A stretch of DNA of 64,000 nucleotides from Dipteris shenzhenensis (GCA_047967505.1 CM106538.1), one strand, 5' to 3'; counted from the stretch's first letter, positions 1 to 13,343 are shown. Numbers and translations: made by a program. Notes: generated by a model from the sequence alone, not told the origin.

Positions 1-23
1 TCAGCCAGCTTCAGGCTCAGAAA

Positions 24-3000
24 ATGAATTTGGATGCAGAGACTAAGGCAATATTTCTCATATGTTCATTGCCATCCTCATGGGATACCTTTCGTATAGC
101 TGTCGGTAACTTTGCACCTGGTGGAGTGCTGAAATTTGATGATGTTGTGGGTAGCTTGTTGGCCGAGGAGATTAGACGGAAGTCTATGGATGGCAACAAG
201 CAGGATGCAGCCTTAAATGTGCAAAGGGGTAGATCACAGTTCAGGGGGAAGTCCCAAGAAAGAGGGAAGTCACGTAGCAAATCCAGGGCACGGAACATTG
301 AGTGTTACCACTGTGGCAAGAAGGGCCATATGAAAAAGGATTGCTACAAGCTAAAAAGAGAGCAAAGGGATAAGAAAAAGAATGCAAATTGGGGTGCAAA
401 TCAAAAGGAAGAGAGTCCAAGGGAGGACAAAGGAAAAGTGAAGATCGAGGAGATCAATGCAATCACACATGATAGTGACAATGACGTTCTCTTCATGTCT
501 AGTTTATCTGCAGAGTTGCTTACCACTTCAGATGATGCATATTCCCAGGATTGGATTTTGGATTCTGGTGCTTCATTCCATGTTACTCCCCATAGGGAAT
601 GGTTCTCCACTTATGATAGTGGAAAGACAGGTTGTGTGCATCTTGGAAATGACTATGCATGTGACATAGTGGGAGCAGGTGACATAAAGTTTTCTTTTGC
701 AAATGGGTCTGCATTTGTTTTGAAACATGTGAGACATGTGCCTAAGCTGACCAAGAGTCTTATTTCAGTGGGTCAGCTAGATGATGCTGGTTTTCACACC
801 ACTTTTGGCTTTCAGAGTTGGAAAATTCAAAAGGGCTCTATGCTTTTGGCTAGGGGTGCCAAGTGTGGGACTTTGTATCCCTTACATGTATCAGGGGTAT
901 TTGATCATGTTGTTGCAATAACCGAGCAACCAAGCACTTCTTTGTGGCATTGCAGGTTGGGGCACATGAGCCAGAATGGAATGAAACTCTTATGCCGTTT
1001 GGGTTATGTACCGCATTTGAGTTTCTCTGATTTTGAATTTTGTGAGCACTGTCTCTATGGGAAGCAGACTAAATCAGCCCATAAAAGAAGGGGAAAGAAA
1101 GAGTTTGAAATGCTTGATTTGGTGCATTCAGACGTATGTGGTCCCATGCCTACACGGTCATTAGGCGGGGCTGAATACTATGTGACATTCATTGATGATG
1201 CAACTAGGAAAGTGTGGGCTTATGGAGAGTATCTCTCTCATGACTTTCAACATTTCTGTGATACTCGTGGGATTAAGAGGGAGCTTACATCCCCTCGTAC
1301 TCTAGAGCAAAATCCAGTTGCAGAAAAGATGAACCGTACCATTCAAGAAAGGTTGCAATGTATGCTTTCCAATGCAAGTCTTTCTGGTGGTTTTTGGGCT
1401 GAGGCAATGAAGACTGCAGTGCATGTGATCAATAGATCACCTAGTAAGAGTTTGGATGGTGGTATTCCTGAAGAGGCATGGAGTGGCAAGAAGCCCTCTT
1501 ACTCTCATTTGCGTATATTTGGGTGTGAGGCATATGCACATGTGCCAAAAGAGCTTCGAAAGAAGCTAGATCCTAAGTCTAGGAAATGCATCTTTCTGGG
1601 TTATGGTGAAAGTGGAGAGATGGGCTATCGTCTCTGGGATCCAGAAGCAAAGAAGATCATACGCAGCCATGATGTGGTCTTCAATGAGAAGAAGATGCAT
1701 AAGGCACCCATGAGGGATGTGGAAATGAGGAGAATCACTTTCCAGGATGTGAATCCACCTGCATATGTTGATAGACAGCAAGCTGTCCATGCACCAAATG
1801 TGCAAGAAATGGTACAACCAAGTACTCCCACAGGTATACAATCAAGGGTAGATTATGGATCATCTATTGGTGGAAATGATGAGCCAAATGTGGCTGATAT
1901 GGAAGTGGGACAGCAAGCTGAAATGCCCTTGAGAAGATCATCTAGAGTCTAACCGCCTGATAGGTTTGTTCTAGGGGTAGACTATGTGATGCTCACTGAT
2001 TGCGGGGAGCCTTCTTGCTATAGAGAGGCTATGATGCGTGAGGATCAATGCAAGTGGGAGTATGCTATATGCAATCAGAGATGAGTTCACTTATGAAGAA
2101 TAAGACTTGGGACTTGGTTTCTTTGCCACATGGAAAGAAAGCATTGCCATGTAAATGGGTCTACAAAATGAAGGTCACAGGTGATGATGTGCCTAGGTAC
2201 AATGCCCGTTTGGTTGCTAAAGGGTTCAAGCAAGAGAAGGGTGTGGACTTTGATGAGATATTCTCTCCGGTTGTGAAGATGACCACACTTAGATGCATGC
2301 TTGGACTAGTGGCATCAGAGGATATGGAGCTTATGCAAATGGATGTCAAGACAGCTTTCTTGCATGGGGATTTGCATGAGGAAATTTACATGGTGCAACC
2401 GGAAGGCTTTGAAGAAAAGGACAAAGAGCATTTAGTTTGCAAGCTAAAGAAGAGTCTCTATGGTCTTAAGCAAGCGCCTAGAGAATGGTATCAGAAGTTT
2501 GATGCTTTCATTCGGTCCCAGGGTTTTAGGAGGAGTGAAATTGATCACTGCCTCTACACTAAAAGGGCTAAGGATAATAGCCTGATAATCCTAGCACTAT
2601 ATGTGGATGATATGCTATTGGCTAGCAAGCATACTTATGAGCTAGATGCATTAAAGGCCAAGTTGCATGAGGCCTTTGATATGAAGGATTTGGGACTTGC
2701 AGGTCATATTCTTGGTATGCGCATCACGCGTGATCGGAGTAGGAAACTCCTTTGGCTTTCACAAAAAGAGTATGTTACAAAAGTATTGCAGCGTTTCAAT
2801 ATGGAGGGGGGGAAGGCAGTGAGTACTCCATTGCCTCCATATTTGAAGCTGAGTCATACAGATAGTCCCAAATCAGAAGATGAGAGGGCCATGATGGCTA
2901 AGGTTCCTTATGCATCAGCGGTTGGGAGTCTTATGTATGCTATGATAGCTACTAGACCAGACATTGCATTTGCAGTGGGAGTTGCTAGCCGGTATATGGC

Positions 3001-3562
3001 TAATCCAGGAAAGAGGCATTGGGAGGCAGTTAAGTGCCTCATGAGGTACATGAAGGGTACCAAGGAGATGTGCATCTGCTTTGGTAAAGGAGACATGCGT
3101 GTACTTGGGTACACAGATTCAGACTATGTAGGGCATGTGGATAGTAGGAGATCCACTTCTGGTTATGTGTTCACCTTTGCAGGTGGTGCAGTGTCGTGGA
3201 TGTCTCGCGCACAGAAGTGCATTGCTTTGTCTACCACAGAGGCTGAGTATGTTGCAGCAACAGAGGGTTGCAAGGAGGCTATATGGCTTGATCGTCTAGT
3301 GGGAGATTTGGGGATTCATACAGGTGTACCGACATTGCATAGTGATTCCATGAGTGCTATTCAGCTAGCACGGAATCCGGTCTTTCATGCAAAGACCAAA
3401 CACATTGAGGTCAGGTACCATTTCATCAGGGAGGTACTTGAGGACAAGCGCATAGAGCTTGTCAAGGTTCATACAGATGATAACCCTGTAGATATGCTGA
3501 CGAAGAGTCTACCTAGTCATCAATGGTTTGAGTATTGTTGTGTATTGATGGGCGTTGGATAG
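24..3562 (+). pseudogene. copia gag-pol polyprotein, disrupted (ORFs 24-1952 and 2048-3562)
   Basis: Frameshifts near 1950 and 2045. In-frame 105-nt deletion at ~1223 (KVWAY|GEYLS) removes the integrase TDNG motif, judged against copy 2. Confidence 0.93.
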
Positions 3563-3615
3563 TATGCTCACTGGTTGTTCTCCCTTAAAGGCACATTGTC
3601 CTTTAAGTGGGAGGT

Positions 3616-3785
3616 TGTGGGGTTAAAGTTCACTGTGCCTTAACCCCAGTTATGTACAATACTCAAACACATATATAAATGAATGAAAAAGAAGATTAGG
3701 GTGGTTCTGCACCCACCAAAACTTGTGTGGCTCTCTGTCTCTCTCTCTCCTTCTTCCGTTCTTGCTTCCGTTGAGAGCACTCTCA
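3616..3785 (+). repeat. 3' LTR of copia family A (170 bp)
   Basis: TG...CA ends, follows the PPT, matches the reverse complement of 41929-42101 and 47654-47823. Confidence 0.95.
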
Positions 3786-5859
3786 AAACCTCTCGTAAAT
3801 GGAAAAAGAATTTGCAATAAGGCATATCACAATATTACTGGATTATCCCATGGTACATATTGCAATTTAGTCAACAAGGCAAAGGGCAACAACAAATTTA
3901 GCATTCATGGTAATAGAGGAAGGTCCAAATCAAGAATCTCAACTGTCAGGGCAACAGCCATTTTGTAAGACTTCATACATGAAAATGCTTTACCTCAAAC
4001 CCATATATCTACCAAACTCCCTAACGGTGACACGATCACTGAAATGCACCTTCCAATGGACTTGACAAAGCTCAAAGTATTTGACTCTATTGCAGAAAAG
4101 CAAAGGCAAAGAGGGGATGCTGTAGCTTCTTCTCATATTTTGTATACTCTTTGGGAGAAGAACTTTGGATATGTTAAAATCCCAAGGAGGCAAAAAATGT
4201 CAAAGTGCAATGTCTGTGATGATTTAAAGTGAGCGATTGAGAGTGGAACATGTCCAAATCAAAGGGAATTATACAAAAAAAACCGAGAATCTCATCATGA
4301 CCTTATTTGACATTCCAGACAAAAATATGCATTTTGGAAGGAGCAAGCTATTTTGCATCCCGATGACTACATGTGCCTTATTGTAGATGGCATGGATCAG
4401 AATACAACAACATTGCCTCGTTTTGTTGCCACTCCACCTAAATTACAAGGAAAGAACTTTCTAAAGACACATCTATGTGGAGTGTTAATGCATGGAATTA
4501 AGTTCTTTGCAAATATATGGATTGATTCATTGCATCTACATGATAGCAATCAAGTTGTAACATCTATTATGAAGGCAATTCACAATGTACATGTAGAAAA
4601 AGGTCGCCTATCACCGACTTTGAGAATACAAGCTGATAATTGCTGGCGAGAAAATAAGAATGTACTCATGTTTGCATTCTGCTCCGTGCTAGTTGCTCAT
4701 CGAATCTTCAATGAGGTCGAATGTGGATTTTTGTATGTTGGGCATACACATGAGGATATCGATCAGGTTTTTAGCACAGTCTCAAGGGAGCTTAAGTGCA
4801 AAGATGTGGAGGCAATAGATGACTTGGTAAGAAGATGTGGCAGGCAAGTTGGTGGTTGTAAGGAAAGTACAGTATGTGAGAGGCTTGAAAGAATGTATGA
4901 TTGGAAGAGCTTCATTCTACCTTTCATACAAAGGGGTGGTGATGCATTGACAGGTCATACCAATCCACACTACTTTCTTTTTTTTTTTTTTTTGATGAAA
5001 AACCTATAATGCAATGGCAACAGTATTCTCATGATACAAAATGGGAACCTAAAGAACCTTACAGTCTCTTAACTTCAATTCCCAGCAAGGAAAGGTATCC
5101 AACATGGGATCCTATACAAGAATTCAATGAGAGGTCTAATTGTGAAATAGAAGGATTAAAAGCATTTATTACATACAAAGATGAAATGCTCCGGAGATAT
5201 CCTGATTCGAAGACTACTTGGAGAGAACACACTACCACTGTAATTAACAAGACACGAAATTTAATAAAGGACCTTAAGAGAATGCGAGGCTCAAAGGATG
5301 TCAAGGAAGAATGCAATATGTTTTGGCCAAATGTTCATAACGATTTGCGCCCAGCTGCAGTCTTTGAAAATGAATTTGTATCATTACTCCCACATCCATA
5401 TTATGGATCGAAGAAGAGAGAGTTTATGCCACAAGTAGATATAGAGGTCGATTGTTTTGTTGTGGTTCGGCCATTAGATGATGAATATGAGAATGTGAAG
5501 TTTTGGGTTGCAAAAGTAGTTGATGTGCAAAGAGATGACCAAGGGAGAGCTACAACATTTACAGCGGTATGGTATGAGCCAAAGGGCAGGAAGGAGAATA
5601 TGGATAACAACACATTGTATATACTAATTGTATAATGAAGGAGTGGGTCCCAAATGATGAAGCGGTCTCTCAAGTTTCGACGGAGACAATCATAGTGTCT
5701 TGGCATTCAAGGGCAAAGAAATCAAAGAAGCGCATGGGATATGAGGTAGAAGGAAAAATAAAAATACCACAGCAAACTATTTTGCATATACACGAATTTT
5801 TAAGGATGCTCGCCATGGAGGAAGTAGAAGGAGACAACGCAAATGAAGAATGTCCATGA
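3786..5859 (+). pseudogene. Sola-like (DUF7869-type) DDE transposase pseudogene, 5' part cut off by the copia insertion
   Basis: One reading line across in-frame stops: KIPRRQKMSKCNVCDDLK, LIVDGMDQN, LRIQADNCWRENKN, FLYVGHTHEDIDQVFS, and C-terminal FWVAKV/WYEP. Frameshift at the poly-T run ~4974-4993. Confidence 0.75.
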
Positions 5860-5982
5860 TTAAAGCTTTGTATTGAAGTCCATTGAAGGATTTTATTTGG
5901 GTACTAGGCAAGAAGCCAATCTAAGACAATTATAATCAGAGTCATCACCTCCTATGTCAAATGAGAGTCAAAATATGCACTA

Positions 5983-6385
5983 GATGTCACCCAAGGGTCA
6001 AGGCTTGCCAAGACAATAGGGAGTTAATGCAAATGGCACCTAGCAAGGGACTATCACATTGAGCAATAAGACAATGGGGAGTCAATGCACCCAAGGGGCA
6101 AAGCTTGGCAAGATAACTTGTGGGGGTTAATGCAGATGGCACCTGTATTTTGCACTGGATGTCACCCAAGGGTCAAGGCTTGGCAAGACAATAGGGAGTT
6201 AATGCAGATGGCACCTGGCAAGGGACTATCACATTGAGTAATAAGACAATAGGGAGTCAATGCACCCAAGGGGCAAGGCTTGGCAAGACAAGTGGGAGTC
6301 AAATTATGTAGATGGCACCTGGCGAGGGACTATCATGACATTGAGCAATAAGACAATGGGGAGTCAAATTATGCAGATGGCACGA
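5983..6385. repeat. Tandem repeat, ~175-bp unit built of shorter sub-repeats (AAGACAATAGGGAGT...ATGCAGATGGCACC)
   Basis: GATGTCACCCAAGGGTCAAGGCTT recurs at 5983 and 6158, with multiple internal sub-repeats. Lies just 3' of the transposase. Confidence 0.85.
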
Positions 6386-6830
6386 ATTGAGGCTCTTTAA
6401 GAGCAACAATTTAAATTGTAAACATATGTTCAATCTATATCATTTTGGATATAAAGACTCTAGCTGAGAGCAACATCTCTCAATGTAATCATATAATAAT
6501 AGCTATAATTGCTATTATACCTCTTTGGTTCAATACAAAACTTGGGTCTTATGGCATCATGTCTTTTTTCTATTTATTAAAAGTTTTAAAAAATTTGTGC
6601 ATATTGCGAGTGACAATGTTATTTTCATGAAATATTTAAGTCTCCTTTCATGGGTTTATAAATTTATCACATCAAGGAAAAACGTCAAGAAAAAATATTA
6701 AAAATAATTAAATTAACAAATAAGTTAGATATAGCTAGAATTTCTAATATAGGATTATTTCAAATTCTTGCATGTTGGTACAAAAGTATAGATTGAAAAA
6801 ACAATATTTTTATGTGAATATGATAGTGCC

Positions 6831-6930
6831 ACAAAGTGAAATTTTGATTTGGGAAGAATATTTTCAGAAAGTAAAATTTTGATTTGGGAAGGATATTTTC
6901 ACAAAGTAAAGTTTTCATTTGGGAAGGATT
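6831..6930. repeat. 35-bp tandem repeat, ~3 copies
   Basis: AAAGT(G/A)AAATTTTGATTTGGGAAG(A/G)ATATTTTCA repeated. Confidence 0.8.
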
Positions 6931-8632
6931 TTTGGGCTTCGTCCAAAAACAACACAAAAAGTCCAAAATTAATGAAATAGGTGTTATGTGTAATTCGCCT
7001 TTGGATGAGGTATAGGCGTACACCAATTGGAATCATAGTATTGTTTAGGGTCATTATTTGCTTGTGTAGCCATTTTTAGTGAGGTTCAGGGACTTTTTTG
7101 TATATAGGTATCTTGCATGATCCATAACTTAATGCATTGCTCAACGAAATTCGACAAACTTTGTCTTCACCTTGTAGTACACATTCCAAACTTGAATATG
7201 AGAGCCAAAAAATTATAAAGCATTGAAAATGCTATGTTGCATGTGAAGCATGCATCCTGAAGATTATAGTATATAGCAATTTATTCAAAAACGTCAAAAT
7301 TTTGTTCTATACATATAAGCAACCAAGTAATCATTCAAAAGTACACTATGTGAGCTTCTCCCCAACCCAAGGACACACCTATATGAGAACATTAGGCATG
7401 GGTTAACGGGCCTTCAATGTTGTGCTAAAGTGATGCATACCCATTTGAGGCGGCATGCTCCATAACTTTTTTTTGATTTGTTGAAAACCAAAATGGATTG
7501 AAAATTTGGAATCCAAACTAGTGGGACTACTGCATGGTGGTCTTAAAACATTGATAGCTGTTGGTAGATTCACCCTAAAATGGAAGAAGTTGGAAATGTG
7601 TAATTTGTGCATGTGAAAAGATATTTACAATTTTGAATTGTTTATTTTTCCATGCACTTGCTTGCTATATGTCTCATAAGCATGCCAAAGGTCATTGCAT
7701 TTAATAATACACAGCATCAAACCCGATAGCATGCCCTTTAGTGTATTTGTGTTTTGAATCATTTTAGGCCACATTGCACTTGTTTGGGATACCCAATTCT
7801 ATTGACGTGTATTGTCAGAGGGAGGAAAACCGACGGCTGAAATTTTGCTACTCCCACGAATTTTGAATTTTCACACCTCCCACCCATCAAATCTTGGAAG
7901 ATTAAGTACTTGCAACCTGCCCCTACCTTGCAAATGCCTTGCAACCCGCATGCACCTTGACGTGACCTTGTGCAGACTTTGGTTTGCCCTTGTCTTCTTT
8001 CGGGTAAGTTATTTTCTATTCTTTGCTTGCCTCACAAGCTAGCTTCTCTCTGTTTTGTTTTGGCATTGTCATCTTTCACTAATCGTTGCCATGGTAACAT
8101 GTAGCTCGCCATGGCTTGCAAGAGAAGCAAACAGAGGCTATGAGATAGAAAAGATAAAAAGCTTGGTCATGGCACAAGGAACAGAAGACTCCTTGCAAAG
8201 AAGCAGCAAGAAGCAGTTGCAAATGCATGCATTCGATCATTGCCATCAGAGCAAAGAAAACGAGTTGTGATGTCATGATTGGTGGTAGCATTCAAGCAAG
8301 CAACATCAGGACATTCAGGTAAATGCTAATCTCGAGTCTTCACTAGCTTTAGCCTACACCCTAAAGTTCCTAGAGTTGGCAATCCTACCAACACCTCGTA
8401 TTTTCGTGCCAAAACATCTCCACTATTGCAATGACTTCTGCACTTAGATTGTCTCTTCTATTCTTGCATTCTATTGAAGCCCATAGACTACTCAGATCGA
8501 GATGATCATGCATTGCTTCCACTCTTCGTGCATCTCTCGAAAGTTTCTCCAAATAACAAGGACATCTATAGAAAGCAGATGGGATGCAAAGCTATTTGAC
8601 AAGTGCATCATATACACATGCTTGATACAACG

Positions 8633-9155
8633 CAGGTCAGTGGTTACCTAAACCATCCCGATGGTTGTTTGTGATTGAGCTTTGGGATAGTTTACTTGTT
8701 TCATTTATTGATACAATGCAAGTCAGTGGTTGCCTAAACCAGCCCAGTGGTTGTTTGTGCTTGAGCTTTGGGATAGTTTACTAGATTGGCCTGGACTTCA
8801 TGTGATTGTCCTAAACTAGCCTGGTGGTTGGAATATCATGAAACCATGTGGCTGGTTCAGCTCAAACACTAGAACCAAGGTGGCTTGGAGTTCATGTGAT
8901 TGCCCTAAACTGGCTCGGTGGTTGGAACATCATGCAATCATGGTTGGGTCAGCTCAAACACCAGTTATGTGAGTGTTAGGAACTTAATGTGATTGTCCTA
9001 AACCAGCCTAGTGGTTGGAATATCATGCAACCATGTGGTTGGTTCAGTTGATCAAATACCAAAACCAAGTTAGCTTGGACTTAATGTGATTGTCCTAAAC
9101 TAGCTCGGTGGTTGGAACATCATGCAATCATGATTGGGTCAGCTGAAACACCAGT
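8633..9155. repeat. Tandem array, ~90-95-bp units (about 6 copies, two subtypes)
   Basis: Recurring ATGTGATTG(T/C)CCTAAAC..GC..GGTGGTTGGAA.ATCATG core at ~8800, 8894, 8986 and 9084, and two related units at 8633 and 8720. Confidence 0.85.
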
Positions 9156-9245
9156 TAAGGCTAGAGGAGGTAGGCACTAGCAATGAAATGCATTTTTGTT
9201 GGTTTAGGATTAACTGCAACCCCCACAAAATATAACCTTTAGTAA

Positions 9246-10299
9246 TGTTAGATATCAATGCTTCGCTCTCGTGTAACTACGCGGGAACCGGCTAACTCTA
9301 CTTGTAAGCCCCCCATATGAGGAGAAGGCATTTGAGTAGCTCGGTTATCCAGTAGGTCCTGGTTTGGACACTAGATGGGGGCCATGTGTGGCCTGATGGC
9401 TGGATGGCTTCAGATAGAGTTGGCACACTGCCAACTAGGCTACATGCAAGTGCAGGAAGGCATCCCATAACTGACCGCACTGAGGGTAGATGGAGCATTT
9501 CCCGAGGCAGCCCACTCTCGGGATGTGGGGCCCTTTTGGAGCCCTAGATGATCTCGGATGGCTCTGGGCCGAACGGCGATCGTAGGTCAGTTGCTCTATT
9601 CTGCGCCACGGTTCTAACATGTGGTCAGTGGTCTATTTTGGGACCGACCTCCAGTCGGCCGGTGTGGGTCGACTGGGTCGGTCTCTCAATTAGGTCTAAT
9701 CGACTATGACTGGTGGCTATATAAGAGCAAGCCTGTGAAGCCCATCATCATCACTGGCTACAGCAACCCTGATTCCTTAGCATCCAGCCTCCGTCCTCTA
9801 CTGTTTCTAGCATGCCATCGAAGCTTCACATAGGAGCGCATGGCGGGGAGGCAGTGCCATCTATTGTATCAGTTTTATAGTAATCAAATTTTTGATTCTC
9901 CATACTATCAGCTTTTCTCTCTTGCATACGAGATCCTGTTATTTGTTGAGCACATATGTTGTATTGTTTTCTTACATGGTATCAGAGCTTGGGCTCTAGC
10001 AAGAAGATGTGGTAGTGTGTTTTTGTTTACGAGCAGATTGTGAGAGATGGCCGAGCCTGCAAGACTGCGAATCCCACCGTCCAGCGAAAGCGAAAAGTTG
10101 GACAACACTAACTATTCACTTTGGAAGTTCAAGATGAAGACCATCCTAAGCGCATACGAGCTTTGGGATACTGCTACTGGGGTGGACGTGAAGCCGGTTG
10201 CGAGACCGAATCCAGCCAATGCAAGACAATAGATAGTACCAACTGCGATTCTCGTGTGGACAAGAAGAAATGCAGATGCGATGTGTTCTATTGTCTGCA
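9246..10299 (+). mobile_element. Truncated copia family C element: 5' LTR (9246-9976), PBS and start of gag
   Basis: LTR TGTTAGATATC...CTTACA, PBS TGGTATCAGAGC (tRNA-iMet) at 9977-9988, gag N-terminus at 10047 (KLDNTNYSLWKFKM). Homology to the 14000 copy stops at ~10299. Confidence 0.92.
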
Positions 10300-11358
10300 G
10301 TAGCTCTAACACACTAAGATCATGCATCAGTGTGCTAGAGCTCACCACCATATTGAGTTCCCTGTCCACTGCTGTCGAATGTTGTGCTCGATTGAGCTCA
10401 CCTCCAAGTTGAGTTTCCTCTTCTAATGCCTTGAAAGAAGTTGCTATGAAAAGGGTTATTTCAATTACGAGGTGCTCGTATTGTCCTTTGCATACGAGGA
10501 GTTCCGAGTCAAAATTGCAAGAAAATCCTGGAGTCCCTCCTCTCTCTCTCTCTCTCTCTCTCTACAGTCATTGCAAATCACAATATATGAATGCTTTTTT
10601 CCCCAAAGAAATACGCTTTGAAAATTTCGAAAGGAGCATCAACTCTCCACTAAAGCACTCCAGCAATGCTAACAAGGGTACCAACCAAATTTTCGGAGAA
10701 TATGACCTCATGGACAGGCGGCAGTTTGTTGCAATGCAAATTAAAGACGCGAGGGTTGTGGAGGGGTTGTGCTGGTATTCGAAATCCAGATTTGACGAGA
10801 GTGTACGCTTTTGATAAGACGTACATCTATTCCTACGTTGAAGGGTCCATGTGAAATTCCTGAGAGCCATTGTGATATTCAAATATATTAGCCAAGGCTA
10901 AGTCGTGAAAACAAACCCGTTTTACAATTATTTCATGCTGTATAGCCTGAATCGCGGTTTTGATTTTTAACCGGTTCGATCGGACTAGAACCACTATCCT
11001 CATTAGACTACAACTTCTCTCAGTACCTAGTATATTGCCCTCATCCGGTGATTCTAGGCCACCACACATGTTAAATCACTCTAGGCCGACATAATAAATC
11101 TAGAGTCCAATTGAAATGTGTGCTTAGTACAAAATTCAAAGAAGAGACCGAACTATATTGACGGTGAAGCAGTTGCTAGCTCTACAATATCACTTCTCAA
11201 TATGTAAAAGTGTCAGCTGCAACCGGAGAAGCAGGATTCAGTAGGCAGGAGATCAAGGGGAGGGGAATGGAGGTAAAGGAAGGTTATGTTGAGCATTGGA
11301 GGAATGGTCTGCCCATTCAATAGCAAACAAGAACCGTCTCCCAATATGGCGAGCACGT

Positions 11359-12260
11359 CACAACAAGACAAAGCACCCATAGACGCGCTTCATGAACTAA
11401 ATAAAAAACTTATGGGCACATCTATTTGCGCGTCTGGAGACCCGCGTCTAATTGCACGTCTATATATCAGACTTACAAGCGTATAGACGTGCAGTTAGAG
11501 GCATAAATAGATGCGCTTATAAATGCTCTTATAGACGCACGTATAGATGCAAGTTGAACAGACAGACGCGAATATAAACATGTTTTTAAACGCACTGATA
11601 GATGCGCTTTTTTTTTTAATATAAATTTTACAGAATACTGTGTATGTTGTGTATGCTATATAGTTACAAAAATCCCATATCGACATTCTGTAATTCAATT
11701 CTTACAGCCAACCGCATTTTAATTACAATTCCAAATAAAATATTACAACTCCAAAACACAATAAAATTGAAAGCTCAAAAAGTGCTTGTATATACATATA
11801 GCACGAAGCTAAGCCACGTCATGTGGCTTCAAGTACAAAAAATAAGGAAGCTAAGCCACGTCATGTGGCTTCAAGTACAAAAAATAAGAGGAGTCTATAT
11901 ACAAGAGGCACGAAGCCAAGCCAGTAGCTTTAAGTACAAAAAAGAGTAGCTAGCACTACTTCTATGACTAATCCTCGCTGCCTTCCATGCTCCCTTCTGT
12001 GCTCCCTTCTATGCTCCCTTCTGTGCCTCCTTCCTCGTCTTCATCGTCATCCTGTGCATGGGCCTGTAAACAAGGGACAACATATATCAATGTATGAAAA
12101 ATCAAATCTTTACTTTTAATTTTGGCATTATTTAATTACTTTCAAATACCTGGGGGGCCGCTCCAATAGCTCGGGTATACTGCTCCTCAGTAATCAACCC
12201 ATCATCATAGAAGTGCCTCCATGTATCTCCTCTGCGATGGTGGTGGTGGTAGGCTATCTC
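11359..12260 (-). mobile_element. CACTA (CACAA-end) element, right-end fragment in inverted orientation
   Basis: Starts CACAACAAGACAAAGCACCC and carries TAGACGCG-type subterminal repeats. Reverse complement of ~27255-28167, including the last exons of ORF2 (YHHHHRRGDTWRHFYDDGL). Confidence 0.9.
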
Positions 12261-12829
12261 CAATTTGGCCAATTGAACAATTCTAATTGGCCAAATCGTA
12301 TTTTTGTACAAATCCCCCATTCTAGGCATTTTTGCCCTTTTCCTAGCCAACTAGAATTGTCCAGTTGGCCAAATCACATTTTTATGCAAATCCCCCATTT
12401 CAAGCATTTATTCCCTTTTTCGGGCCTCCGAGTGTTGGTTTTCGATGTCTCCAGGGTCGATTTGAGGGTTTTGGCCCACTCCGGATGCATTGGCGATGTC
12501 AGAATCATCAAGTACTGCACAAAAAATCATCTTTTAAAGATCACATATGTCAGATATAATAAAAGAAAAAGATTTTGAATATGAAGTATTTTATATGTTT
12601 ACATGGTTTTTGGTATTTTCCAATGTTACGTTGGCCCTCATCTGATTGGTCGAGAGCCTATTTTTCTAAACCCTAAAAGGCCCCAAAATGAGCTCCCTTT
12701 TTTTTTAATGTATCTATGACAAGAAAGTAGATGCTGCTACTCAATTTGCCATTTGGGCAAAAAATGCAAAAGACAAGGAGCTCAAATTGAAAAAGGCCAA
12801 GCCCCAACCAGACTCTACGAGAAAAAGGA

Positions 12830-13065
12830 GCTTGAAGGGAGGAACCAACCCCCTTCAAGAAAGGAGCAAGAAGGGCCATGCTTGCAACCCAAAAATCAAG
12901 AAAAGAGGAAGCGACATGAAGGGAGGGGCCAGGCCCTTGAAGGAAGGAACCAGCCCCATTCTAGAAAGGAGCAAGGAGGGCCGAGCTTGCAATTAGGGAG
13001 CTCAAAAAGGCGACCTACTCAAAGCAATGTGGAACCAGCCCCCTAAAGAAAGGAGTCCTTAACAT
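12830..13065. repeat. Imperfect tandem repeat (GAAGGGAGGAACCA.CCCC...AGAAAGGAGC), probably part of a decayed retroelement terminal region
   Basis: Unit recurs at ~12833, ~12938 and ~13030. Confidence 0.6.
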
Positions 13066-13210
13066 GTAATCTGAAGGAAAGGAGTCTTTAAGATGCAATC
13101 TATGTAATCTATGTGTAATCTATTGAATTGTTAATCTTCTCCAGAGTTTACTTGGGCAATGTTTTCTCAGCTATGTGACTAGATAGTGTCCTTCGACATG
13201 CTAAGGACCA

Positions 13211-13343
13211 TAATGTGAGATGAAAGTTTTCGATTAGACAACTAATGTGAGACTGAAAGATTTCGATTGGTCAACTAATGTAAGAAAAAATCCTTCAATT
13301 AGACAACTCATGTGAGATGAATTAGACAACTAATGTGAGACTG
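13211..13343. repeat. ~32-bp tandem repeat (TAATGTGAGA...ATTAGACAAC), ~4.5 copies
   Basis: Direct inspection; units are head-to-tail. Confidence 0.75.

Larger units (their letters stand above)
1..3785 (+). mobile_element. Ty1/copia LTR retrotransposon, family A, copy 1 (5' part outside window)
   Basis: Gag CCHC knuckle (CYHCGKKGHMKKDC), protease DSGAS, integrase, then RT (YVDD) and RNase H, i.e. copia order. PPT AAGTGGGAGGT at 3605-3615 and 3' LTR TGTGG...CTCTCA at 3616-3785. Near-identical to 41929-47823. Confidence 0.97.

Noticed and set aside
10431-11069. Short ORFs next to a (CT)n microsatellite as a host gene
   Set aside because: No recognisable domain or convincing exon structure; cannot be supported without a search.
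13211-13343. Short regularly spaced repeats (also 5983-6385 and 8633-9155) as CRISPR-like arrays
   Set aside because: Units are head-to-tail with no unique spacers, there are no cas genes, and the context is eukaryotic TE.
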